Origin: an uncultured Nitrospiraceae bacterium
GTDB taxonomy: Bacteria > Nitrospirota > Thermodesulfovibrionia > Thermodesulfovibrionales > SM23-35
Length of the DNA: 64,000 bases
NCBI GenBank assembly: GCA_963727775.1
Contig: CAVSHB010000001.1
Coordinates: 608,001-672,000, forward strand
Reading direction: 5' to 3'
The notes beneath the pieces are model-generated. The model saw only the letters and a program-made list of their open reading frames with translations. It made no database searches and had not been told where the DNA came from. Position 1 is the stretch's first letter, and each line of letters begins with the position of its first letter. Both the position numbers and the translations under genes were made by a program. Below, in pieces: positions 1 to 10,147 of the stretch.

Positions 1-1468
1 TCATTGACAGTGCATAGGGATTGCCCGTGCTGCTGATTGAGCCGCTCCAGGAGCTGAAGGTGTAGCCGGCATTTGCAACAGCAGTTAAACTTGTGACCCC
101 GCTGTTAATCCAGCACCCGGCTGGACAGTTAGGGTTCACGCTTCCTCCTCCGGCAGGATTCACGGATGTCATCAATTGGTATTGAGTAGTGAATAAGGCC
201 GTATAGGTCGTGGCTACTGAAGGTGTCGTTATCTTATCGGTGGTCTGTAAAGCTCCGTCGCTCCAAGAGGAAAAGACATACTGCGTCCCTGTGCCACCGC
301 TTTGGGGCGATGCCACCCCTAAAGTATGGCTTGATCCTGCCGCCCAACTGAATGTATGAGGTGCTGTATAAGTAGTTCCATCCACATTGATCTGTTCGCC
401 TGAAGGAGATGTAGTCACTGTGGTATAAACAGAGGAAGATCCCGAAACACTGCCGCATAACGAGACCTGGAGAGCTGATAATACGGCTCCAATCGGATTG
501 CCGATGCCGATACCGGCTTGCGTGCCGGCAAAATTCAGCGCAACGGCCGCGTTTGTTTTGGCATCCAATACCGGTGAACCGGAGTCTCCGGGCGCGCTCA
601 TGACCGTATAAGGCGCAGTAGGCGAATACATAATTGCATTGCTGAATCTCCCCACTCCTCCGCATGCCTGCCCATAATTTACGTTGACAGTCAGGTTAAC
701 GCCTGTCACTGTTCCGCAGGTCATGCCACTCGTTCGCCCGCTTTTGCAAACGGTCTGCCCCAGGTATGCGGCGGCAACCGTATTGTTTTGTGGGCCTAAG
801 CCTTGGATGTTATTTGAGACCAGTGTGTCGCTACTTTGGACAAAGGCGGCATCAACATAGTTTATAGTGGCGCCGTCCATAATTACAGGAACAAATCGGT
901 TGAGGGAACCGATAGCAGTTGCCCCGGTTGTAGTACAAACCGGATTATCGTCAATAACGCCGGGCAAATAGAAGATTGTTCCGAGTGGTGCGCTGTTTGG
1001 GCACAAATTTGGGCAGCCTGAAGCCGCTACGTGGTTGTTGGTGATGATTCCGTCAACTGCTGCAGTTGTGTTATCGCAGACCTTGAAACCAACTGTGCCT
1101 CCCGAGCAGTAGTTGCCGCATATGAGGCTGTTACCTCCGGAGACGCCGAGATTAATTGCGTGAGCTGAGATTTCGCCGACTACCCGTGTGATAGTCGACA
1201 TATCCTCTATGCGCCCAGGTATATTTGGCAGCCGACTTTCGTCATCAACAAGAATAAGAATCCCGAGTTTCCCGAGATTTTCTCCGATTCCAACGCCGTG
1301 GACACCCGGAAGGCGCAACAGGTCTTCCGCATGGTGAGTATGAACTGCCCTCGCATGCTCTATCTCTTTTTGACTGAACAGATGCATCTCAGCGAAAGCC
1401 CCTGAGGGAAGCACAAGAAGTGTGACCACGACTATCACGGCCAAACTTATAAGTGCTTTATATTTCAT
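1..1468 (-). CDS. Secreted trypsin-like (S1, alpha-lytic/Nal1-like) serine protease with pro-domain and C-terminal InlB B-repeat-like domains; 3' end runs off the window
   Basis: Absent from the ORF track; translated by hand from ATG 1468 (RBS AAGGAGG). Signal peptide MKYKALISLAVIVVVTLLVLPSGAFA, pro-domain HAEDLLRLPGVHGVGIG, triad motifs TNNHV / VDAAF / GDSGS, KSGRTSGMTCG, then GYTFSSWSG-type repeat. No stop before position 1. Confidence 0.85.
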   Translation of the reverse strand, partial: MKYKALISLAVIVVVTLLVLPSGAFAEMHLFSQKEIEHARAVHTHHAEDLLRLPGVHGVGIGENLGKLGILILVDDESRLPNIPGRIEDMSTITRVVGEISAHAINLGVSGGNSLICGNYCSGGTVGFKVCDNTTAAVDGIITNNHVAASGCPNLCPNSAPLGTIFYLPGVIDDNPVCTTTGATAIGSLNRFVPVIMDGATINYVDAAFVQSSDTLVSNNIQGLGPQNNTVAAAYLGQTVCKSGRTSGMTCGTVTGVNLTVNVNYGQACGGVGRFSNAIMYSPTAPYTVMSAPGDSGSPVLDAKTNAAVALNFAGTQAGIGIGNPIGAVLSALQVSLCGSVSGSSSVYTTVTTSPSGEQINVDGTTYTAPHTFSWAAGSSHTLGVASPQSGGTGTQYVFSSWSDGALQTTDKITTPSVATTYTALFTTQYQLMTSVNPAGGGSVNPNCPAGCWINSGVTSLTAVANAGYTFSSWSGSISSTGNPYALSM

Positions 1469-1529
1469 TGTTCCCTCCTTACCCCTTGTACAATTGTAAA
1501 AAGTTTCCCTCATTTTAATGAGTATCCGT

Positions 1530-1835
1530 TCAGTTATCCGGATGCGCCCGTATTTCCCCTGTTGTCTCTATCGAGATCTCGTAGCCCCCAATGAGCCCTG
1601 GTATTTTTTTATCTAATTCGGGGGTCCTTTTGATGACATAGACTTTTATGCAAGAGTTGTTGCCGCAAAGTCCCTGGCCGATGCCGACAACACCTGGTAT
1701 GGACATCAATTCTTCAGAGTGTTTCTTTATTGTTCCTTCGATGGAAAGCGTTGTCGTATTGGTCTTTGCCGGGGGATCATCAATTACATTGCCCATGCAG
1801 AACGTGGCACAGATTACGACAGAGATTACCCTCAT
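1530..1835 (-). CDS. Small exported protein homologous to the pro-domain of the adjacent protease
   Basis: HSEELMSIPGVVGIGQG...IKVYV...IPGLIGGYEISIETTGEIRAH aligns by eye with HAEDLLRLPGVHGVGIG...IPGRIEDMSTITRVVGEISAH. Start uncertain (1835 or 1907). Confidence 0.65.
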   Translation of the reverse strand: MRVISVVICATFCMGNVIDDPPAKTNTTTLSIEGTIKKHSEELMSIPGVVGIGQGLCGNNSCIKVYVIKRTPELDKKIPGLIGGYEISIETTGEIRAHPDN

Positions 1836-2058
1836 AATTGAATTGATATGACGTTCATCTTCGCTCTCTTTATATTTAATTTTACCATACCAGTTAGATG
1901 CCTGCACTATATATTAAACGAGCGGTGGGGTTTGTCATATAGGATCGCATAAAAGATGAAATTGCATTTCCTTTACTTTCAACATATTGCAAAATTTTTC
2001 AGCAAGTAATTTCCAAATAAATTCGTGGTGAAGATGAAGTAATCCCTAAGATGTTTAA

Positions 2059-2106
2059 AGGGGACAGGCTGCATTTCAAGAAAAGCAGCCTGTCCCCTCT
2101 TTTTTT
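2059..2106. terminator. 14-bp hairpin, probable intrinsic terminator or REP-like palindrome
   Basis: AGGGGACAGGCTGC (2059-2072) / GCAGCCTGTCCCCT (2085-2098), followed by a T-run, directly after the minus-strand ORF remnant. Confidence 0.6.
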
Positions 2107-2109
2107 CAC

Positions 2110-2280
2110 TTACCTGGCAATCACTGCTTCACTTCCCTTTAACAGTTGGCCTTTGAGATTCGTGAGGGCTGCAGCGTGGGCTGCCATGGAATTTAGTATC
2201 GCTGAAGCAAAAATGTACTCCGCAGGAGTTGTCCAGCCAGGGTGCTTAAGTATCTGGATGAGATGTTTGAAATCATCTCG
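2110..2280 (-). pseudogene. Start-less remnant of a small hypothetical protein
   Basis: Open frame RDDFKHLIQILKHPGWTTPAEYIFASAILNSMAAHAAALTNLKGQLLKGSEAVIAR*, preceded by in-frame TAG. The PGWTTPAE motif is recalled from small hypothetical proteins, not verified. Confidence 0.45.
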
Positions 2281-3012
2281 CTACTGCCCCCAAATCGGCT
2301 TGGAGTTGAGCGAACTTGAACCCTGGCGCAAAGCCGGGCTTCTTTGCTTCCGGAGGAAGAATTGCGTAGGCCTCGTCGACACATTCATCCCACCATGCCC
2401 AAGTCGCCTTCTGAGTATTCCCCCAGGTGAGGACGGTCACACCGGTCGCATCGTATGCGACGGCAAATACCGCACATCCTGTGTTAGCTGGCCAGGCGTC
2501 CACGGTCGGCGAGCGTCGAATTGCTCAATGCAATTCTCTTGCACCTGAAACCCCAGGTAAACGCCACCAAAAAGCTGAATTGCCTGTTTAATGTGCGTGT
2601 GATTTTTTATATCAATACCGGCAAACGCGAGAATCTCGTCTCCACCAATAACGTTACTGCGCCAGTAGTTCAGCACATCGAGTTCATTCAGACCGGAGTC
2701 TATTCCACCTGTCAGATGCATGTACAACTTAACGACACCCTGCTTGGACATGATTCTTTTCTTCTTGCTAACCAGGCCGCGATAGGTTGTAGTCGCGTGG
2801 GCCAGAGCAGCGATGGTGCAGTCTCCCAAGGTATCGTTACCGTCCATCGGGAATAATTTTGTCGGGTCAGAAGTCTTCAGGTTCTTGTAAACCTTGGGTA
2901 GAACGTCATAAGAAGCAGGCGGCGCCGCAAGTTTGTCCGACAAATAGTTCTTGAAGCGCAATGTGCGGTAGTCTTGCTTAGGCGGGTGCTTTCCAAATCG
3001 ATATGCAGACAT
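2273..3012 (-). pseudogene. Papain-like cysteine peptidase, frameshifted at the catalytic His
   Basis: ORF 2437..3012 has GNDTLGDCTIAA (Cys); ORF 2273..2503 has AVFAVAYD..TWG. The junction reads CAG GAT GT GCG GTA (2474-2475) where GH is expected. Confidence 0.65.
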
Positions 3013-3746
3013 AAATGTGATCTCCTATTTTTATGGGATGCTTTGGCAAGGCATAAGATCGATCGCCGCATCCATTAAGCGATCGGTTTCCTAAAATTGA
3101 CCAACCTTCCCACCGTTATATAAGAATTGCGCTCAATCCATTTCGTCGTCACCTCCTAACCCGGCATAGCCGGGACCGAGTTTAAAATGTTCAGACTGCA
3201 TAGGACAGCTGCGATTAACATGGCTGACACGATAAGCTATAGCCATGGACTCTTTTATAAAGAAGTTGGTTTTGTTCCTACCCTCCAAATATCGCCTATA
3301 GGGAATAGGTGTAATGAAAATAAAATGTCAAATTACATTAATTGTTTTCTTATCTTTTCCTTAAAATATCAAGACAATATTAACTCTTTTTTCTGCAAAT
3401 GTCTGTCAGGGAAGTTTGACATTTTTTGTAGGGGAAGTTTGACAAATGGAAAATGCAGGAGAAGTAATCTCGTTTGAAAATAGTTATAAGAACTATTCTT
3501 AGCTGTTAAATGATCGTCTTTTTGTCCGGCAAATTCATATTGTTCGGATTGAGGTGTCGTTGCAGCAATTATGCTGTTTATTCTTAATAAACAATAACGT
3601 GGCTTAGGGTTATTTATCTGTGTAGGTACCATTAAGAACCCGAAATTATAGCCTAATAAATTTTTCTGAGAGTTACGCCCGAGGAGCCATACCTTTTCCT
3701 TATGCAAATTCCAGCCGGAGATATAAATTCCATAAGGAGCATAAAA

Positions 3747-3956
3747 ATGTATAAATATGAGGTGATAGTTTACTGGAGCGATGAAGATGAAGCATTCATC
3801 GTAGAGGTTCCGGAACTTCCTGGTTGTATGGCTGACGGTGCTACATATGAAGAAGCAATTAAGAATGTACAAGTAATTATTGCTGAATGGATAGAAACAG
3901 CGAGGCAGTTGAATCGCGAAATACCTGAGCCCAAAGGTAAACTTGCATATGCATAG
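3747..3956 (+). CDS. hicB: HicB-family antitoxin (orphan)
   Basis: MYKYEVIVYWSDEDEAFIVEVPELPGCMADGATYEEA...IPEPKG; RBS AAGGAG; no hicA seen upstream. Confidence 0.88.
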   Translation: MYKYEVIVYWSDEDEAFIVEVPELPGCMADGATYEEAIKNVQVIIAEWIETARQLNREIPEPKGKLAYA

Positions 3957-4264
3957 CTGCAAGCCTTTTTATTTAGATGTAAAGATATTCTACGCGGGCT
4001 GCACTTTTTGAAATCTCAATCATAATTGGAATTCTGTTGGTCGCACTAAATCTTTTCCTCACTTTTGTCCAGTAGTAAACAACACCAAAATCCCTCTTTC
4101 ATATAGAACTCGATAGGCGAAAAATATTTTGAAAGAGTAGATTATTATTTGAAACAAATATTCTGATGTGTTTCTGCCTTGTATGGATTGCGCCTCGAAA
4201 TGAATATTTTACTCACAACTAAAGATAGTTCATTATAGATATTTATAAAAAGACGCAACCAATA

Positions 4265-4633
4265 CTATTGATTTATTAACCACTCCTTTGCCTGATCGTG
4301 TGTGCCAAATATGGGCAATGTTCTTTTGGAGAAAGCCATAATGGTGTTATAGGCTAACTTCACGAGAGGTCTTGTAATTCCTACGATAGCTCCTGCTTTA
4401 ACGTATGGTTTATTATATAAGGTCAGGTCTTTTAAAACAGTGAGAATTTCTGCATCATAGTGGGCATTTGTTACATCTGTTAGGGTTAAGACAGAATTGA
4501 GATCCTTACCTTGTACCCACTGTTTTGCAGCGTCTACAATTGGCATGATTTCTTCTTTGCTGGTGCAATTAGAGAAATCAAAGAAGAGTATTTTCTTCCC
4601 CCTATATTCCAGTTCTTGAAGTTCTTTTCTCAT
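4265..4633 (-). CDS. Hypothetical protein, possibly STAS/SEC14 (SpoIIAA-like)
   Basis: 122-aa ORF with LTLTDVTNA, AIVG and F..DQAKEWL patterns. Confidence 0.6.
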   Translation of the reverse strand: MRKELQELEYRGKKILFFDFSNCTSKEEIMPIVDAAKQWVQGKDLNSVLTLTDVTNAHYDAEILTVLKDLTLYNKPYVKAGAIVGITRPLVKLAYNTIMAFSKRTLPIFGTHDQAKEWLINQ

Positions 4634-4747
4634 AATTTTTTGTCTTACCTGAACTTTTGAAAAATATTTACCCCCTACCTAGGTAGGATGGTCATCTTTT
4701 AAGGATAATTATAAACTAAGCATAGTTCTAATTATATTAGATAAATT

Positions 4748-5887
4748 ATGAAGATAGATCAAAAAAACTGGACAGCAGAAAATGGATGGATTCCTGAGTT
4801 TTCGGGAAAAACAGACGAAAAAGTCCAATTGGTTCTCTTCTTTGGCTCCACTCAGATATTAAGAAGTAGAATTCCATGCGCGGAGATTAAACAGGCTTAT
4901 CCGAATGCCCATTTTTTTGGATGTTCAACAGCAGGTGAAATTGCCGGAACGCAGGTTACTGATAATGCATTTGTTATGACAGCAATAAGCTTTGAATCTG
5001 TCAGGATTGAAGGCGCACAGGTTGAGTTGAGCCAAACTTTCGACAGTTATCGGGCAGGACAGCTTCTTGCCCAGTCTCTCGAAACAAATGGGCTGAGACA
5101 TGTCATAGTTCTCTCTGACGGGCTTTACGTAAATGGCAGTGATCTGGTAAGGGGTTTGACTGAAAATCTTCCACCTGAAGTATCAATAACAGGAGGTCTC
5201 GCAGGAGATGGAGAAAGATTTGAAGAGACACTGGTATGCTGGGATAGCCACCCTCAGAATAAAACAGTTGCTGCGGTTGGCTTATATGGGGATAAATTAA
5301 GAATTGGTTATGCTTCACAAGGGGGCTGGGATCCATTTGGTCCTGAAAGGGTAATAACAAAGGCAAAAGGCAATATATTATACGAACTGGATGGCAAGTC
5401 AGCCCTGGACCTGTATAAATTATACCTGGGCAAACAAGCTGCAGGACTCCCTGCCACGGGCCTTCTTTTTCCCCTGAGTATTCGAACAAAAGACAGCCAA
5501 ACAAGTCTCGTCAGAACGATTCTTTCTGTAAATGAAGGAGAACAAAGCATGACGTTTGCCGGAGATGTTCCTGATGGGTCTTATGCCCGTTTAATGAAAG
5601 CAAACTTTGACAGGCTCATTGACGGTGCAAGCGGAGCGGCAACAAAAAGTTATGAGGCAATCGGCTCTTTCTCTCCGGAACTTGCCATACTCATCAGTTG
5701 TGTCGGGAGAAAAATGATCCTCAAGCAGAGGACTGAAGAGGAGATTGAAGGTGTTCGTGATATTTTAGGAAAAAAGACTGTAATGACAGGCTTTTATTCA
5801 TATGGAGAATTATCACCGTTCAATCAGGGCGGCATCTGTGCATTGCACAATCAGACAATGACAATTACTGTTCTTTCTGAAGAATAA
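4748..5887 (+). CDS. FIST (FIST_N/FIST_C) signal-transduction protein, NosP-like
   Basis: GCSTAGEI, LSDGL, GGLAGD, SCVGR, GFYSYGE and LHNQT motifs. Confidence 0.92.
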   Translation: MKIDQKNWTAENGWIPEFSGKTDEKVQLVLFFGSTQILRSRIPCAEIKQAYPNAHFFGCSTAGEIAGTQVTDNAFVMTAISFESVRIEGAQVELSQTFDSYRAGQLLAQSLETNGLRHVIVLSDGLYVNGSDLVRGLTENLPPEVSITGGLAGDGERFEETLVCWDSHPQNKTVAAVGLYGDKLRIGYASQGGWDPFGPERVITKAKGNILYELDGKSALDLYKLYLGKQAAGLPATGLLFPLSIRTKDSQTSLVRTILSVNEGEQSMTFAGDVPDGSYARLMKANFDRLIDGASGAATKSYEAIGSFSPELAILISCVGRKMILKQRTEEEIEGVRDILGKKTVMTGFYSYGELSPFNQGGICALHNQTMTITVLSEE

Positions 5888-6527
5888 CCATGGAAAACAT
5901 ACACAGCCTCCTTAAACGTCAGATTAAGAAACATTTAGGTGAGTTGTCTTCTCTTCCAAAGGAATTGAAGGACATTTTTGCTTCTATAAATAATGCGTAT
6001 ATTCAATCAGATATTGACAGAAATATGCTTGAGCGATCTCTTGATCTGAGTTCTCACGAATTACTCATTGCAAACGAAGAACTCAAAAAAACCCTGTCAC
6101 TCCTCAATGCAACAATTGAATCTACCAGAGATGGAATACTCGTTGTTGATTTGACAGGGGGAATAACCAGTTTTAATAAAAAATTCATAGAAATGTGGAA
6201 TATTCCACAATATATTATCGATTCTCGGGATGATTCCTCAGCACTCAGTTTTGTTTTGGATCAGCTACAAAACCTTGATGGTTTTATAAAGAAAGTACAG
6301 GAATTATATGCACAATCAGATGCAGAGAGCTATGATCTGCTGCAATTCAAGGATGGCAGGATCTTTGAACGGTATTCAAGACCTCAGAGAATAGAAGAGA
6401 AATGTGTTGGGAGAGTTTGGAGTTTTAGCGTATTTTCTTTTATGAAAACACCCATAAATGCTTATATTACAATAGATTACCGTGTATTTGGCTTTCAAAT
6501 GTAGCCATATAATATAGCATTTTATAG

Positions 6528-6556
6528 TTGACATAGTGGTAATCATATCCTATAAT
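6528..6556 (+). promoter_or_regulatory. Consensus sigma70 promoter inside IS1634
   Basis: TTGACA-N17-TATAAT ending 7 nt before transposase ATG 6564. Confidence 0.8.
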
Positions 6557-6563
6557 AGTAGCC

Positions 6564-8195
6564 ATGCCATTTAAAAAGAAGCCACGCCCCCATCTCGAAA
6601 TACAGACTTCCGGCAATAAGCACTACGGCGTTATTCGCACTACCTTCCGTGAGAAGGGCGAAATCAGGCACACGACACATGGGACCATTAAGGATATGAG
6701 TCTTGAACAACTAAAGCTCATACAGGCCGCCTTCAGGGGCAATGTGCTGGTAAAGGGTTCAGCCGACGCTCACAAAATCGCGGAATCGAAAGAGTACGGC
6801 GCTTCCTATGCGGTATTGCAGTTGGCGAAGGAATTAGAGTTGGACAAGATGATTTATTCGAGATATTCCGAGCAGTGGGTTAAAGACTGTCTTGCCATGA
6901 TAATCGGCCGTTTAGTATATAGCGGCAGCAAGCTGGCTTTATCGCACAGATGGGAGGACACGGCATTATGGGAACTCTGCGGGATAGAAGGGCCGGTTGA
7001 CGTAGATAAGCATTGTTATGAGCCTATGGATCGTCTTTTACAGAGGCAGGATGCCATCCAAAGTACATTGGCGAAAAAGCATCTCCGAAACGGCGCGCTT
7101 GTGCTTTACGATATAACCAGCAGTTATTTTGAGGGCGAGTATGAAGACAGTGAGATCGTTAAATTCGGATATAACCGGGACGGCAAGCGGGGGCATGAAC
7201 AGATGGTGATAGGGCTGCTTTGCAGTCCCGAGGGGTGCCCTGTGGGTGTGGAAGTTTTCCCTGGGAATACTCAGGATGCTCAAACGGTACCCGATAAAAT
7301 AGCTGAGGTGCAGAAAAAATATGGGATCCAGGAGATAATCTTTGTAGGTGATCGTGGAATGGTTACTCATGCCAATTACGAAAAGGTTAAGGATGTAAAA
7401 GGGCTCAATATAATATCGGCATTAACACACCACCAGATAAAAGAGCTACTGGAACGCAAGGTGATTCAGATCGATATGTTTGATGAAAAGGAGATTATTG
7501 AAGTAGTGGATCCTGAGGCGATAGGACGGCGATACTGCTTATGCCGCAATCCAAAGACCGCTACAAGGGAAGCTGTGACACGCAAAGGCTTGATTGAGGT
7601 CACCAGAAAGGCATTGGATAGCATAGCCCAATCAAAACGGAAGTCGTCAAACGAGAAGATAGCGGCAAGGGTGGGGAAGGTTCTGGGAAAGTGGAAGACA
7701 GGTAAATTTGTAGAGTGGTCAGTACAGGATGGACGTCTCACATGGAAATTAAAAACAGAGAAGATCGAGACTGAGGAATTGATTGACGGCTGTTACATCA
7801 TTGCCTCCGATGTTCCTGCCGGGCTGATGGCAAAGCAGGCAATAGTGGCATCATATAAAAAGCTTGCTCTTGTAGAACAGGCGTTTCGGAACTTAAAGAG
7901 CGTACAGCTTGAGGTGCGGCCCGTTTATCACAAGACCGACGACCGAATCCGCTGTCATGTGTTTCTTTGCATGCTTGCCTACTACTTGCAGTGGCATATG
8001 AATCAGAGACTAAAGCCTCTGTTTCAGTCTGACGGAAAAAATAAACACCGCAGATGGACATTTGAGTATGTGATTGAGAGATTAAAGAGCCTGAGAAGGC
8101 AGAGACTTCAAGTGCAGGGCTCTTCGTGCCGAATTGTTTGCACCCCGGATAACAGTCAGCAAAAGATTCTTGATCTGCTCAAGGTAAAATTGTAG
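6564..8195 (+). CDS. IS1634-family DDE transposase
   Basis: LYDITSSYFEG, GYNRDGK, VGDRGM, VEQAFRNLKS, RPVYH...HVFLCMLAY. Confidence 0.95.
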   Translation: MPFKKKPRPHLEIQTSGNKHYGVIRTTFREKGEIRHTTHGTIKDMSLEQLKLIQAAFRGNVLVKGSADAHKIAESKEYGASYAVLQLAKELELDKMIYSRYSEQWVKDCLAMIIGRLVYSGSKLALSHRWEDTALWELCGIEGPVDVDKHCYEPMDRLLQRQDAIQSTLAKKHLRNGALVLYDITSSYFEGEYEDSEIVKFGYNRDGKRGHEQMVIGLLCSPEGCPVGVEVFPGNTQDAQTVPDKIAEVQKKYGIQEIIFVGDRGMVTHANYEKVKDVKGLNIISALTHHQIKELLERKVIQIDMFDEKEIIEVVDPEAIGRRYCLCRNPKTATREAVTRKGLIEVTRKALDSIAQSKRKSSNEKIAARVGKVLGKWKTGKFVEWSVQDGRLTWKLKTEKIETEELIDGCYIIASDVPAGLMAKQAIVASYKKLALVEQAFRNLKSVQLEVRPVYHKTDDRIRCHVFLCMLAYYLQWHMNQRLKPLFQSDGKNKHRRWTFEYVIERLKSLRRQRLQVQGSSCRIVCTPDNSQQKILDLLKVKL

Positions 8196-9773
8196 CCATT
8201 TTCTTGAAATTAGAAATCGCCTTCAAATCATTGCAGCATATGGAGTTCCTCGTAGTTTTTAAAAAGAAAATACGTTTTAGCGATATCACGGCACGGAAAA
8301 AAGCTGAGGAACAAGTCGCCCAAATGGCATATTTTGATGTTCTCACCAATCTGCCGAATCGCTATTTATTCAAAGATCGTTTGAATCAAGCGCTTTTATA
8401 TTCAGAAAAATATAAAAAATTATTAGCGATAATTTATATTGATTTAGATGATTTCAAACGTATAAATGATACATTTGGCCATAATTTTGGAGATAAGTTT
8501 TTGCAGTCCGTTTCTGATCGCTTGTTAAAAAAAATACGCAGCATTGATACTCTTGCCTGTGTCGAAGAAGATTATTTAGGAACAACTATAGCTCGCCTTG
8601 GAGGTGATGAATTTACCATATTACTAAGAGAAATAAAGGAAACTCAGGATGCCGGCAGAGTAGCACAACGTATTATTGATCTTTTCTCACAACCTTTTTA
8701 CGTAGAGAACCGAATGATATTTATTTCGCCGAGCATCGGCATAGCATTATATCCTAATGATGGTCATGATGTTGATACTCTTTTAAGAAATGCAGATACA
8801 GCAATGTACCATTCAAAAGAAAAAGGGAGAAATAATTACCAATTCTTCTCAGAGAGCATGAATATCGAAGCCCTTGAACGATTTTACCTGGAGAATAGCC
8901 TGAGAAGCGCCATAGACAAGGAAGATTTTCAATTACATTATCAGCCACAATATGACAGTTCGACAGGTAAGATTATCGGCGTGGAAGCCTTAATAAGGTG
9001 GATACACCCTGAAAGGGGAATGCTTTTGCCGGATGAATTTATTACGATTGCAGAGGAAAGTGGTCTAATTCTGCCGATTGGAAGTTGGGTACTCAAGACA
9101 GCCTGTGAACAGAACAAAGCCTGGCAACTTGCTGAGTGCAGGCCAATATACGTTACCATAAATATATCCGGTGTGCAGTTTAACCAGAATAATTTTGTGG
9201 AATCTGTAGCTCAGACGTTGCTCGATACAGGGTTAGAACCGCAATACCTTGAGCTGGAGCTTACAGAGAGCATTCTTATGGAGCCAACAGAAAAAACTTT
9301 CATTACTCTGAATGAGTTAAAAGCTACAGGAGTAAGGATTGCAATTGATGATTTCGGCAAAGGATATTCTTCGCTCGGATATTTAAAGCGGTTACCTATA
9401 GATACCTTGAAAATTGACCGTTCTTTTGTGAGGGATATCATATCGAATTCTGACGACAGAGCAATCATAAGAGCCGTTATATCACTGGCACGTTCTCTCA
9501 ATCTAAAAGTTATTGCTGAAGGAGTAGAAAATCACGACCAGTTAACATATCTTAGGGAACAAGGCAGTGATGGGATACAAGGTTTTTTGTTGAGTAAGCC
9601 AATGACACCAAATTCATTCATACAACTCTTTAAGCAAGAAGATCAACTGCCCTTTGATAAATTCACAGAATACATAAAAACAGAATAATCTTTAACCCAA
9701 ATCTACGGAAATGATTAAAGATTTATCTCAATACTTTATTAAAACGTCACATAATTAATAGTTCATTAATCTC

Positions 9774-9900
9774 CATACCCCGCCGTCTCTGCGGCGGGCA
9801 CCTTACGTCGTCGGGGTGCAGGGCGTCGGAGCGAAGCGCAGACCCTTGCCGACCCGCGGGGTCTAATACCCCGTGGTGTCGTGCCGAGCAAAGCGAGGTT
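9774..9900. repeat. GC-rich multi-hairpin element, probably MITE/REP-like
   Basis: CCCGCCG-TCTCTG-CGGCGGG and CCGCGGGGT-CTAAT-ACCCCGTGG hairpins inside AT-rich flanks. Confidence 0.5.
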
Positions 9901-10036
9901 TAGTTTATTTCGTAAAAATGACTCATTTCGGATACACTCCTGACTTCTCAATTCGAAATGTACTGCGCACTCAATGATCAGAATCGGAAATGCGGACTTG
10001 ATGAAGGAAATGACAGCGAAACTTTCGGTGCATAGT

Positions 10037-10147
10037 CCTCGACGATCCGAAGCAATGCAAAGGGAGAAGGAGATTAAGAGGAAGAAGAGCAGGCAATATA
10101 TTCAGAACTTGGTCAGTCGGCAGAGTCCCGAAGGCGTTCGGGATTAA
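10037..10147 (+). pseudogene. C-terminal fragment of a GIY-YIG nuclease
   Basis: RSEAMQREKEIKRKKSRQYIQNL matches the typical C-terminal helix of small GIY-YIG proteins; GIY/YIG motifs are absent. Confidence 0.7.

Larger units (their letters stand above)
6429..8274 (+). mobile_element. IS1634-family insertion sequence (1846 bp)
   Basis: Terminal IRs CGTATTTTCTTTT / AAAAGAAAATACG; 6-bp TSD TTTTAG at 6423-6428 and 8275-8280. Confidence 0.92.
5890..9688 (+). pseudogene. PAS-GGDEF-EAL c-di-GMP enzyme interrupted by IS1634
   Basis: Removing the IS and one TSD copy restores GRVWSFS|DITARKKAEE. The 3' part has intact GGDEF, EAL and DDFGKGYSSL motifs. Confidence 0.9.

Noticed and set aside
234..3962. 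Shadow ORFs such as 234..665, 2051..2548 and 3369..3962, and similar short ORFs throughout the track
   Set aside because: They overlap better-supported genes in another frame or strand and have no recognisable motifs.
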